A stretch of DNA of 64,000 bases, taken from NCBI RefSeq assembly GCF_009914755.1, contig NC_060938.1. One strand, written 5' to 3'. Under the pieces are notes generated by a model. That model was given only the letters and a program-made list of their open reading frames with translations, did not search any database and was not told the DNA's origin. This stretch comes from the human T2T-CHM13v2.0 reference genome, Homo sapiens. A program made the translations under genes and the position numbers. This document shows, piece after piece, positions 51,355 through 64,000 of the stretch. The stretch's first letter is position 1; every line of letters begins with the position of its first letter.

Positions 51355-52280
51355 AAGACGTAGCCAAAACTAGAAACTATTTACATATCTATGTGCCCTG
51401 AAATAGAATGGACAAACAAATTTTGTTCTATTCTGAAGGGTGGAAGAATATGTTCCCCAAAGTTTGCTACTTTGGTATAAGGATTATTTTGATCTAAGCA
51501 AACTCAAGAAACAACAGATGCAAGAAAGACATTTTAAACTCCCCTTTGCTTCCTAAAATTGGAGATAAATCTCCCATGTGAAAGATATACTCCCTGTACC
51601 AGGAGAAAAGAAACATTCTGCAGTGAGCGGTCATAGCCAAGAGAATTCTATATGAAGACACCTTTTAAAAATAATTCTTACATTTCTATAGCTTTGTACA
51701 TGATTTTGTTACTTTTCCACAATGGCCTCTCTTCTGTCAACCTAATTTAAGAGCATTAGGGGTTTGCCACTTCTTTGAGTCTCCAATTCCTTAAGATGGC
51801 TCTGGGGTAATGTAAAACTTAAGTTGTAATTTTTTTTCCTGCTGTTCTATCTTTTTTTAAATTTAATTCTCAAGACCAGCTAGAACCCTAAGAGGGTAGA
51901 GATAAAGTTTTGCCTCCCTTGTAATTCTCACAGTGGAATACTTCATAGCAATGAAAATAAACACTGAAACTATACTCGACAATATAGATGAATTCTCACA
52001 GATATAATGTTGGACAAAAGAAGCTAGACTCAAAAGAAGATAGATATCTGACTCCATTACTATAAAGCACAATAACTAATCTAAGCTTTCAGAAATTAGG
52101 ATACTGATTGTTGTTCAGGGAGTGGCTAACAACTGAAAAGGGAGAGAATAAAGTAGAGCTTCTAGAGTGCTGGTAATGTTCTGTTTTTTTAATCTGAGTG
52201 CTGGTTATTCAGCATATCCAATGTGTGAAAATATGTCAATTTGTACAGTCATGAAATATATACTATTTGGTGTGTATTTT
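51355..52280 (+). mobile_element. L1ME 3' end interrupted by an LTR
   Basis: TAGCCAAAACTAGAAAC...|...CAGTGGAATACT...ATGAATTCTCACAGATATAATGTTG. Confidence 0.7.
51434..51923 (+). mobile_element. MER34-family ERV1 solo LTR
   Basis: TGAAGGGTGGAAGAATATG...TTTGGTATAAGGATTATTTTG start (homologous to the LTR at 7816). Perfect TSD ATTC. Confidence 0.82.
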
Positions 52281-52841
52281 GTGTTAGATTAAAGGTGGAC
52301 ATAAATGCTTTGTTACTTCTCTCACTGAGGGGCAATGTCTGTTTCCACCCCGCTTGAATTTGGGTTAGCGTTAGTGGAAATCAATAAAATTAAGAGTATG
52401 TGACATTCTGAGACTTTTAAGGCTAAGTCATGAAAAGTTTTGCAGCCTTTGCCCAGATCTGTTGAAAAACAATTCACTGGAGCCCTGAGCCACTCCATAC
52501 ATCTGATTATCTTGAGACTGCCCCACTGTGAGGAATCCCAAGCCAGTAGAAGAAGCCTGGGTAGACACTTTGGTTGACTATTTTCTAGTCATCACTAGTA
52601 AGACAAAAGACATGTAAATAAAGCAGTTTAAGATTTTTTCAGACCAGGCCATCTGTCAGCTGATTATCACCAACTGACTCAGTTAAGGTCACGTAAAAAA
52701 CAAACAAACAAGCAAACAAAAAAACATTCAGCTGACTCCTTTGCAAAATTCTATCTCTCAGAAATTATAGTATATGATAAAATAGCTGTGGTTTAAGAAG
52801 TTTTGGGGTAGTTTTATGCACAGCAATAGATAACTAAAACC
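52280..52841 (+). mobile_element. MLT1G/H-like solo LTR
   Basis: GGAGCCCTGAGCCAC..., ending GTTTTGGGGTAGTTTTATGCACAGCAATAGATAACTAAAAC. Confidence 0.72.
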
Positions 52842-52873
52842 TATACTATACTTTTCATTAAAAATGCTTTTTT

Positions 52874-54736
<1,863 letters not shown>

Positions 54737-55333
54737 TAAATCTCAAGACACCAATTTATATTTTAAATGTAAATTTCCATTTAACTGACGGAAGGCTGCT
54801 AATTTATAGGCTGTTAAAATTCCTCTATCTGAAAGTACATGTAAATTATTGATATTTCTTTAGAGCTAAGGCTTAGGTCTAGTGATTATGCTTTTCCACA
54901 ATATCACATCGTCTCCAATTGCATAAATATATCTTACTTGATCAATGCTTTTGACAATAATTATAACAAAAGACTAAATTAAATGCATTTCCAACAACAT
55001 ATGCCATCCAGAACTGATCACTCTATTACATATTAATAATGGTATTTTTACGTCATAATTTTAAGACCATACTCTGGATGATTTAGCATCAGTTGATGTT
55101 GTTTTCCTGCTTTATGACCTTAAAATGGTCTAGGCATCATCTTATTTAACCTTATAGATAAAAAATGATCCTATCCTTTTGAAAATCTTAAAACCAGACC
55201 TTTCTGTTTTCCAAACTTTCATTTAGGAAAAAAAATAGCAAACTTCAGAATTACTTTTTATAGCAATACCTTAAAAAGAAAAAAAACCCTACTATCTTTG
55301 TAAACAAAATGAATGCTTTTGTCTTATCCATTA

Positions 55334-55704
<371 letters not shown>

Positions 55705-55927
55705 CTAAGAACACAAAATCTCAAATTTAGGAAGTCATTAAAAGAGAAAAAGGATAAATAGTTTTATTATGAGCTTTTGTGCATGTGATAATGGGATATA
55801 AATGACTTTGAAAGGTGATATAAATTCTTTTGTAGACTCAAAGACAGAATGAAAAGTGACCTTAAGGAAAATAAAATAACTGCTGTCCATTACATGGCTA
55901 TTTGTTCTACATATTCTACATTTTCAG

Positions 55928-55990
55928 AATTGGAATTGGTGCACTTGCTTCAACACTGCAACAGAATGAAACTCCAGATGCTCACAGATG
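55928..55990 (+). other. Candidate 63-nt exon (unverified)
   Basis: Acceptor TTCTACATTTTCAG and donor ATG|GTAAGC in non-repeat DNA. No recognised product. Confidence 0.25.
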
Positions 55991-56991
55991 GTAAGCCTAC
56001 AAACTTAATTAAAACTCATACTTTATTATCCCAAAACAGGAAAATTGAGAAAGCCTTGCCCAAAGAAAATGTTTATGTTTTCTCCTTCTCATCTCCAACC
56101 ATCCAGAAAACTTTAGGGGTCATGGGCATGGAATAAAAACCCCTTCTTGTTGCCAGGCCAGAGAGTACAATAGAGTTACAGACCACTAACCTAAATACTG
56201 ATTCAAATTCATGTTCAACGATTATGAATTGTGTACTGTGTACCTAGCACTATATTACTGATTTAATCAAGGTTTAATGAGAGTATTATAATAAGAAATT
56301 AAATCTGCAATCTTCCATCGACAAATGTGTATTGAGTGCTTTTTTGGACATAATATATATTTGATTGATTTTTTTTAGTTAATGAAGGCACAGTTTAACC
56401 TTATTTTCAAATATACTGAAATAAAATTAATTGAATATCCTGTATATGTTTGTGTAAGTTTTAGGATCTTAGCAGTATTTCTTCTTTTTCTTGTGAACTT
56501 TTATTATGTTTTCACAATGAGTCATACCTAGGTAGACAATATTAAAATTTAGACTGTGTTAATTAATAAACGCAGTTGCTAGTCTCCCTGGATGGTCACT
56601 AATGGTGGGATATACTATGGCTAAAAAAGAGAAATATAGAAATAACAATCTATTCTGACTTTTCTGTCTTTCTTTAGTTAGTTGTTCATATGGAAGAGGT
56701 GATTTGATTTAAAATAATGTTACTTCTATTGAACAGAAATCCCATACACCCCCTATTAGTTGCATTAATTCTCCATAGAAACAGGAAAATATCTAAATTG
56801 TTTTCTTCTTGTTCATAAGGTATATATCATATGCTATCCTTGGAAAAGTTGTTTTTTTGTAAAAACAGTTATCTGTAGGCATCAAAAAGAAGGGCAGAAT
56901 TCAAATTACATTATGCCAATTATTTAATGACAACTTTTAGCATAGTTATTTATCTGAATGTCTAGATTCTATGTTATAAATTAAATTAAGG

Positions 56992-57260
56992 TATTTTTAG
57001 ACAGGGTCTCACTCTGCTGCCCAGGCTGGAGGCTGCAGTGCAGTGGCTCTATCACGGCTCACTGTAGCCTCGACCTCCCCAGGTTCTGGTAATTCTCCCA
57101 ACTCAGCCTCCTGAGTAGCTGGAACTACAGATGCGCATCACCACATCTAATTTTTCTATTTTTTTGTAGAAACAGGGTTTCGCCATGTTGTCCAGTCTGG
57201 TCTTGGACTCCTCAGCCTCCCAAAGTGCTGGGATTACAGGTATGAGCCACGGTGACTGGC
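56992..57260 (-). mobile_element. AluJ with internal deletion and eroded tail
   Basis: AGACAGGGTCTCACTCTG...GCTCACTGTAGCCTCGACCTCC...GAGCCACGGTGACTGGC. Confidence 0.9.
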
Positions 57261-57739
57261 TCTTTAATCTATTGACCTTTTAAAAAGATTAAGTTTGAAG
57301 ACTGTCACATATTTGAACCATTTTGTTTGTTTTATTCACTCATTTTGGTTGGTCTTTGGTGACTTTTCCTGCTTTTTTATAGTCAAATGCAATTTGGGTG
57401 TCTAGGATAGTTTTTATGTTTTCTAAGCAGGATGGCTTATTTCAGGCTGTTTATTCATTTCATGAATAAACTTTGGTTTATTTGGTTCATTCATTATTTG
57501 GATGTTTTTGGTTTTTGTTGTTGTGGTTTCAGTTAGGGAATCTTATTCTTACTAATGGTAATCATTTTGTCTTCACTATTGCCATATTTCTGTATTTAAT
57601 TTAGTTCATTTCCTAGTTATATTGACTGGCAGTTCCAGAGAAATAGAAAACAGTGGTGCTTATAAATAGCTTTTTGGCTTTTCCTTATTGCAATGAGAAT
57701 GAGTGTTCTGCTTCATATTTAAAAATGTTCATTGTTAGG

Positions 57740-58345
57740 CACATACTCCTCAAAAATGAGTGCCTGATTATTACAAATGGACTTGTGTGAGACTGTAGAT
57801 AGCAGATATACGCATAACTCTCAAACCGGAAATAACCAAAATATCTATCATGGATAGAATGGATAAGTAAACTGTGATATGTTCATATAGTGAAAAAACC
57901 ACTCATCAGGAAAAATAACAGCAAAATATTGATACATACAACTACAATGACAAATCTCAAACTAAATGTCATGTGACAAAAGCTGACACAAAAGACATAT
58001 TGTATGATCCCATTTATAAGAAATTCAGAAACAGGTAACATTGATCAAAGGAGCTAGAGATTGTGGTTAGAATAGCAGTTCCCTGCACAATGGTGAATGA
58101 TCTCTAGGGGCCTTTTGTGATGTAAGCAATAATCAATATTTTAATACTTTGATCTGAGAGGTACAAATACTTCCAGATCAAATATTTGTACCTCCCCTCC
58201 CATTAAATACATGTACCTCTCAGGTCAAAATATTAAAATATTGATTATTGCTTGCATAAAAATACTTTTTTATATAGGCCTTTTCCTCTATACTTACAGT
58301 TTGCACATTTTACTGCATCTGTTTTACCTTAAATGAGTAAAACAA
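57740..58345 (+). mobile_element. L1ME 3' end
   Basis: GAATGGATAAGTAAACTGTGATATGTTCATA...ATATTGTATGATCCCATTTATAAGAAATTC. Confidence 0.7.
58120..58257. repeat. Inverted repeat with 46-bp arms and 46-bp spacer
   Basis: 58120-58165 matches the reverse complement of 58212-58257 with 3 mismatches. Confidence 0.95.
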
Positions 58346-59629
58346 ATTACAACAGTAAAAGAATGATGAAGAAAGACTTTCATTTTATCCAAAATAGAGT
58401 AGCTTATGGTAGATAAATGACCCCACTGAGAAAATTAGATAGATCATGTAATATTAGAGAAAACAATGTGTTTCGGGATATCAATGAGCTTCCAAGGCAA
58501 TTAGGACTTGAAGAGCCAAGACCTGTGCATTCTGTGAACCATTTTTCTCTTCGTACTGATTGCAAATTCACGAAGCACAAGTGGTGGAGAAATCCAGGTA
58601 GAAGGCTATGGCTAACAGGTAAAGAAGCCAGAAGAGCTTTGAGAAATGGCTTAACTCTAAGGAAAGCTAATGTGAAATTCAGTGCAGCAAAAGCAGCTAG
58701 GAGTTAGAAGGCCAAGATCAGGGAGGATCAATCCTAAACAACGCACAGTTCTCTCTTAAAGGTATTTGAAGATTAAGCGTTTCAAGGAAGGGAACTAAAG
58801 AGACAAGCAGAAAGCCATCAAAAAGCAGACCAAGAGTATCTGCAATCTCACAGAACTGCAAAAATGCAATGTGTATACAAGCCACCAAATAATAGAAGCC
58901 CTAGTCATTGCTCAAGACTTTCAAGCAGTACTCACTGGACAGCTTCTTCTTAGTAGCGCAAATGTTCCAGAAGTAGGCAGAACCTTGCCTTGAAATTAGT
59001 CCGATTATTGTTGGGTTTAATATAGTTTTCTCTATATCAGAGGGTCAAATGAACCTTCTCCAGATAAAAAAACACATATTCCAGAACTTCCAAAACTTTT
59101 TATAAATGATGACTGACATTAAAAAATTAAACACCAGCTATACAAAAAAAGAACAAAAGGAAAACAGCTAGAGAAATCAACTTACAGATAATCCCATTGT
59201 TGAAGTTATTGGACAAAGATATTAACATAACTATGATTAGTATTTGAGGAAAATAGATTACAAGGTGCATTTTACCAGAGTTCCAGAAAACGTAAGAGAA
59301 AATATAATGGAGTGATAAAAACTTAAAAATAGAATGGTTAACACATTAATATTGGTTCATGAGTTCTGATAAAAGTACTATACTATGGTAAGATATTAAC
59401 AATAGGGGAACTGAATGTAGGGCATACAAGAGCCTGTAGTCCTATCTTTGCAACATTTATGTAAATCTCAAAGTTTTTTAAAATTAACTATTTATTTTAA
59501 AGATGAAATTATTTTAATTATGAGCTTAATAAATACATTAAGAGGAATTTTGAGAGAGAAAAAGAGAATTAATTAAAACTATAAGTGATAAAAATTGAGG
59601 CATGTATACATTAAGTATATATTTTAAAT

Positions 59630-60128
59630 ATATATATTAGAATAGAACATTATTCATCTTTTAAGAAGGGCAGCCTACGTTATTGACAACATGAACGACA
59701 CTGGAGGACATTGTGTTAAATGAAATAAGCAAGATACAGAAAGAATACTGCATGATCTCTCTTATATATGGAACCTAAACAAACAAACAACAAAATGAGC
59801 TGAATAAATAGAAACAGATAATAAAATGATGATTACCACAGGTGAGGGGTGGCGATGGCAAATGGGGAGATGTAGATCAAGGGGTAGAAAGTTGCAGTTA
59901 TGTTGGATGAATAAATCAAGAAATAAAAATACAGCATGAGTACTATAGTTAATGATTATCTATGTATAGTACAGTAGAAATTTTCTGAGTAGATTTTAGG
60001 TGGTGCTGTCACAAAAAGAAAAACATAATTCTATGAGATGGTGAAGGTGTTAAATTCTTACCTATAGTAATTATTTCACTGTGTATGTCAGAATATCATA
60101 TTGTACACCTTACACTTACAGAATAAAA
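59630..60128 (+). mobile_element. L1MA 3' end fragment
   Basis: CTGGAGGACATTGTGTTAAATGAAATAAGC...TTGTACACCTT...AATAAAAA. Confidence 0.8.
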
Positions 60129-60318
60129 ATGATGACAAGTCAGTAGAAAAGATCCAGAATAATGTATGAAGAAAAAATGGATGGAACATTTTAGAAAAAA
60201 AATCATAAGATAAATATAGAAAAGAGCGACTCCCAAGAGGTAAAGGAGATAGAGAAAAGGACTTTAAGCAATATTTGAAAGAATCATACATAAGACTTTT
60301 TCACAACTGAAGAAAAAC

Positions 60319-60815
60319 ATTTATGGTTTGGGTATTTGTTCCCTCCCAACCTCATGGTGAAATCTGACCCCCAATGTTGGAGGTGGAGCCTAATGGGAGG
60401 TGTTTGGGTCATGGGGGCAAATTCTTCGTGAATAGATTAATACAGTCCGTTGGTGGAAGGTGGAGGGTGAATGAGTTCTAACTCTTATTACTTCCCACAG
60501 GAGCTGATTATTAAAAAGAGCATGGAACAAAACGTACAGTCAGATAAATAAGTTCTAATGTTTGATAGCAGAGAAAGATGACTACAGTTTGCACTAATTT
60601 AAAGCCTCATCCCTCCCCTTCTTGCTTTCTCTCTTATCATGTATCCCTGCACACTAAGGCTTCCCTTTGCCTGCTTCCATGAGTGGAAGCAGCGTTAGGC
60701 CCTCACCAGGAGCCCAATTTTTTAGCCAACAGAATTGTGAGTTAAATAAACTCTTTTTTAATAATTTAACCAGTCTCAGGTATTTCTTTACAGCAACAGC
60801 AAACAGACTAAGACA
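60319..60815 (+). mobile_element. MST (B/C-like) MaLR solo LTR with a ~77-bp foreign insert
   Basis: TATGGTTTGG...CCCCAATGTTGGAGGTGG...CAGACTAAGACA. Confidence 0.8.
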
Positions 60816-61273
60816 GATATCAAGCCACAGATTTTAAACACTCTGCAAACCAATCAGGATAAACATATAGAACATCACGTCTGGATACATTGATGTATCA
60901 TTGTTGAAAATCAAACAAGAGAAAAATCTTAAAAGCATCCAGGAAATCAATAAAACTGATAGCTAACTTCTCAGCAAAAATGAATGACAGGAAACAATAA
61001 AATAACATTTTAAAAATACTAAAAATCAGCTGTTCCAGAATTTTATACTCAATAAAAATATTCTTCAAAAATGCAAGCAAAACAAGGACATTTCCAAACA
61101 AACAAAAGTGATGAGAGATCTTCACTGGCAAATTTCCCCAAAAATGTTTTATGGACAGTTTTCAGACAGAGGAAAAATCATACTACATAGAAAAATGGAA
61201 ATGAAGGACACTGGAAAGAGTTAATATATGAATATTGGTGCTAAAATTATAATAAATATTTGTACAAAGTACC

Positions 61274-61437
61274 AATTTGTGATTTTCAAGGTATTGTACA
61301 GATACGACCTTTCTTTGCTTGAATTCAGTGTAAGAATCCATCAAGATGAATAGCCTGTGGAACCTTCAGAGTGACCAGGAGACTCTTTTATGTCTGTTTA
61401 CTTGGATGAAGCCAGATTCTCTCTGCTGAGCCTAATA
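61274..61437 (+). repeat. Dispersed direct duplication B, copy 1 (164 bp)
   Basis: Matches 62357-62520 with 16 substitutions and no indel (~90%). Confidence 0.97.
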
Positions 61438-61447
61438 TAGGGTTTTA

Positions 61448-61480
61448 ACACAAACACACACATACATATCTATCTATCTA

Positions 61481-61516
<36 letters not shown>

Positions 61517-61572
61517 TCCATCTATCTATCTATTGCTCTCTTTCTCTCTCTCTCTCTATATATATATCTCAT
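61448..61572. repeat. Compound microsatellite (CA)(TATC)(TGTC)(CT)(TA)
   Basis: Seen directly. Confidence 0.92.
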
Positions 61573-62356
61573 ATAATGCAATAATAGAAAAATTGGTATT
61601 AGGATTAGGGATAAATGAAGTTAAAGTATCCTAAGATCCATGACTTGTCCACTAAGTGGAAAGGGAATGAATTTGAAATATACTACAATAAATTTAGAAT
61701 AAATGAAAAGAAATAGACTAGACTTGTAGATTGCCTGCTATTACCCACAGGTGTATACTCAAGGAACCTGGGCATGAACCAGGATACATTATTTGTTCAT
61801 CCTAAAAGTGTAGAGAAACATCACATATAATTAAGCAAATACGTACAATATAATACTGGCAAAGGGTGCTATAATGATCATGCACAATTTGCTAATAAAA
61901 GCAGTTAGAATTTCTAGTCCAAATACGGCAGATTAAAGTAAACTTCCTAAAAGAGCAAATCTGAAGAATGGATATAAGTTCTCTATGTGAAAACATGGAG
62001 GAATGCAAGTGTTACTGAGGCAGAGAACATACAAAGACCTAGAAATTATAATGTGTTCACAGGAATTAAAATTATTCAGACTGGCTGAAGTGCCAGTGGA
62101 AAGAGGATCATCTTGTCTGTTTTAAATATTTATGTATAAGCAGTGTATACATGTGTGTTTGATTTCTAATCATTGAGTTAGTGGCGGGAGGGTAGTTAGC
62201 ATTTGAAGTACCCTAATCAAGAACACATTTGAAAATTTTTAATCAGAAGCCACATTTCAAAGGCAGTTATTACATGTGTTTGAGTTTCATTTTTGATCAG
62301 TATTAACAAGCTTGTTAATTAGCATAACAAATGATAGAAATAACTTTTCATTGGTG

Positions 62357-62520
62357 AATTCATGGTGTTCAAGATATTGTACAGATACAACCTTTCTTTG
62401 CTTGAATTCAGTGTAAGTTTCCATCAAGACCAATAGCCTGCAGAACCTTCAGAGTGACCAGGAGACTCTTTTAAGTCTGTTTACGTGGATGAAGGCAGAT
62501 TATCTCTGCTGAGCCTAATA
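62357..62520 (+). repeat. Dispersed direct duplication B, copy 2 (164 bp)
   Basis: Partner of 61274-61437. Confidence 0.97.
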
Positions 62521-62883
62521 AAATGTTATCTGAAGCTTGCTACTTGTTGTGTCTGCCTCAAATAAATCTTTCATGCAAGGTTCTTAGGGAACAGATAATT
62601 CATCTAAGCTTTCAGAACGAGCTTAATAACATTTTTTGTTCCTTTTTTCATTAATAAAGTTTTGCTGATGTGACAGAATTATTTCTGAGACTTGCTTTCA
62701 TTATAACACAGAGTTTGACAGTGAGATTACTGGGGGAAGAAACCTATGTAGATATTGCTCATTTCTAAATATTGGAATCTATCAAAACCTGCTGTCTGCG
62801 CCCCTCAAATAGTAGGTACGAATGATCGAGTTGGCTTAGATGGACTTGAACAAGTGAGCGTGTTGCATAAAACCTAGAGTACC

Positions 62884-63868
62884 ACATCCTCTCCAGCACC
62901 TGTTGTTTCCTGACTTTTTAGTGATTGCCATTCTAACTGGTGTGAGATGGTATCTCACTGTGGTTTTGATTTGCATTTCTCTGATGGCCAGTGATGATGA
63001 GCATTTTTTCATGTGTGTCTTTTGGCTGCATAAATGTCTTCTTTTGAGAAGTGTCTGTCCATATCCTTCGCCCACTTGTTGATGGGGTTGTTTGTTTTTT
63101 TCTTGTAAATTCGTTTGAGTTCATTGTAGATTCTGGATATTAGCTCTTTGTCAGATGAGTAGATTGCAAAAATTTTCTCCCATTCAGTAGGTTGCCTGTT
63201 CACTCTAATGGTAGTTTCTTTTGTGGAGAAATAGGAAAACTTTTACGCTGTTGGTGGGACTGTAAACTAGTTCAGCCATTGTGGAAGTCAGTGTGGCAAT
63301 TCCTCAGGGATCTAGAACTAGAAATACCATTTGACCCAGCCATCCTATTACTGAGTATATACCCAAAGGATTATAAATCATGCTGCTATAAAGACATATG
63401 CACATGTATGTTTATTGTGGCACTATTCACAATAGCAAAGACTTGGAACCAACCCAAATGTCCAACAATGATAGACTGGATTAAGAAAATATGGCACATA
63501 TACACCATGGAATACTATGCAGCCATAAAAAATGATGAGTTCATGTCCTTTGTAGGGACATGGATGAAGCTGGAAACCATCATTCTCAGCAAACTATCGC
63601 AAGGACAAAAAACCAAATACCGCATGTTCTCACTCATAGGTGGGAATTGAACAATGAGAACACATGGTCACAGGAAGGGGAACATCACACACGGGGGCCT
63701 GTTGTGGGGTGGGGGGAGCGGAGGAGGGATAACATCAGGAGATATACCTAATGGTAAATGACGAGTTAATGGGTGCAGCACACCAACATGGCACATGTAT
63801 ACATATGTAACAAACCTGCACGTTGTGCACATGTACCCTAAAACTTAAAGTATAAAAAAAAAAAAAAC
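62884..63868 (+). mobile_element. L1PA3/4-like insertion with 5' inversion (twin priming)
   Basis: Antisense piece 62884-~63223, then sense 3' piece ~63222-63867 with poly(A). The breakpoint is at GGATGTGG|AGAAATAGG. TSD ACCTAGAGTACC at 62872-62883 and 63869-63880. Confidence 0.93.
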
Positions 63869-64000
63869 ACCTAGAGTACCTTGAAACAACAGACAGTGGT
63901 TTTAAACATCATCCAGAATGCAAATGTATATGGGAGCACAAAATAATTTTATTCAGGATAACAAGATAACCAGATTGATATTTTAGAAAAAGCAATGGTC

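Larger units (their letters stand above)
58370..61710 (+). mobile_element. Ancient L1M/L1ME 5' and ORF1 region, fragmented by later insertions
   Basis: A-rich ORF1-like remnants (GAAAAATCTTAAAAGCATCCAG, AGAATTTTATACTCAATAAAAATATTCTTCAAAAATG) and inter-ORF-like sequence. Confidence 0.6.

Noticed and set aside
63192-63650. 152-aa ORF as a novel chimeric protein
   Set aside because: It starts at TTG in the inverted L1 piece and runs into the ORF2 C-terminus. The zinc-knuckle motif is split and its His is replaced by Arg. No promoter evidence.

Overview
This is AT-rich, CpG-poor primate genomic DNA. The Alu J/S subfamilies and an L1PA2-type insertion point to human or another great ape. I recognise no protein-coding gene: ORF-track entries resembling a known protein are L1 ORF1/ORF2 or Tigger transposase remnants, and the rest are Alu/LTR read-throughs or short unrecognisable frames. 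Roughly half of the window is interspersed repeat: 7 Alus plus a monomer, MaLR and ERV1 solo LTRs, hAT/Mariner/Tigger fossils, L2/MIR, a full-length decayed L1PA11-13-type element, two twin-primed young L1s, and 7SL and U13 retrocopies. Four structures are not explained by repeat annotation. (i) Two independent ~165-170 bp local duplications of unique DNA, each apparently pasted upstream into an old repeat from a donor 1-2.5 kb downstream. (ii) Several fold-back inverted repeats, two with the same outer-arm plus inner-partial-copy design. (iii) A 9.2 kb nested insertion stack bounded by an 18-bp TSD, containing a tail-to-tail L1 hairpin. (iv) Weak splice-site evidence for a possible plus-strand non-coding transcript. 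I see no convincing new multi-gene system. Subfamily names come from my memory of consensus sequences and need RepeatMasker/Dfam confirmation. Identities were counted by eye.
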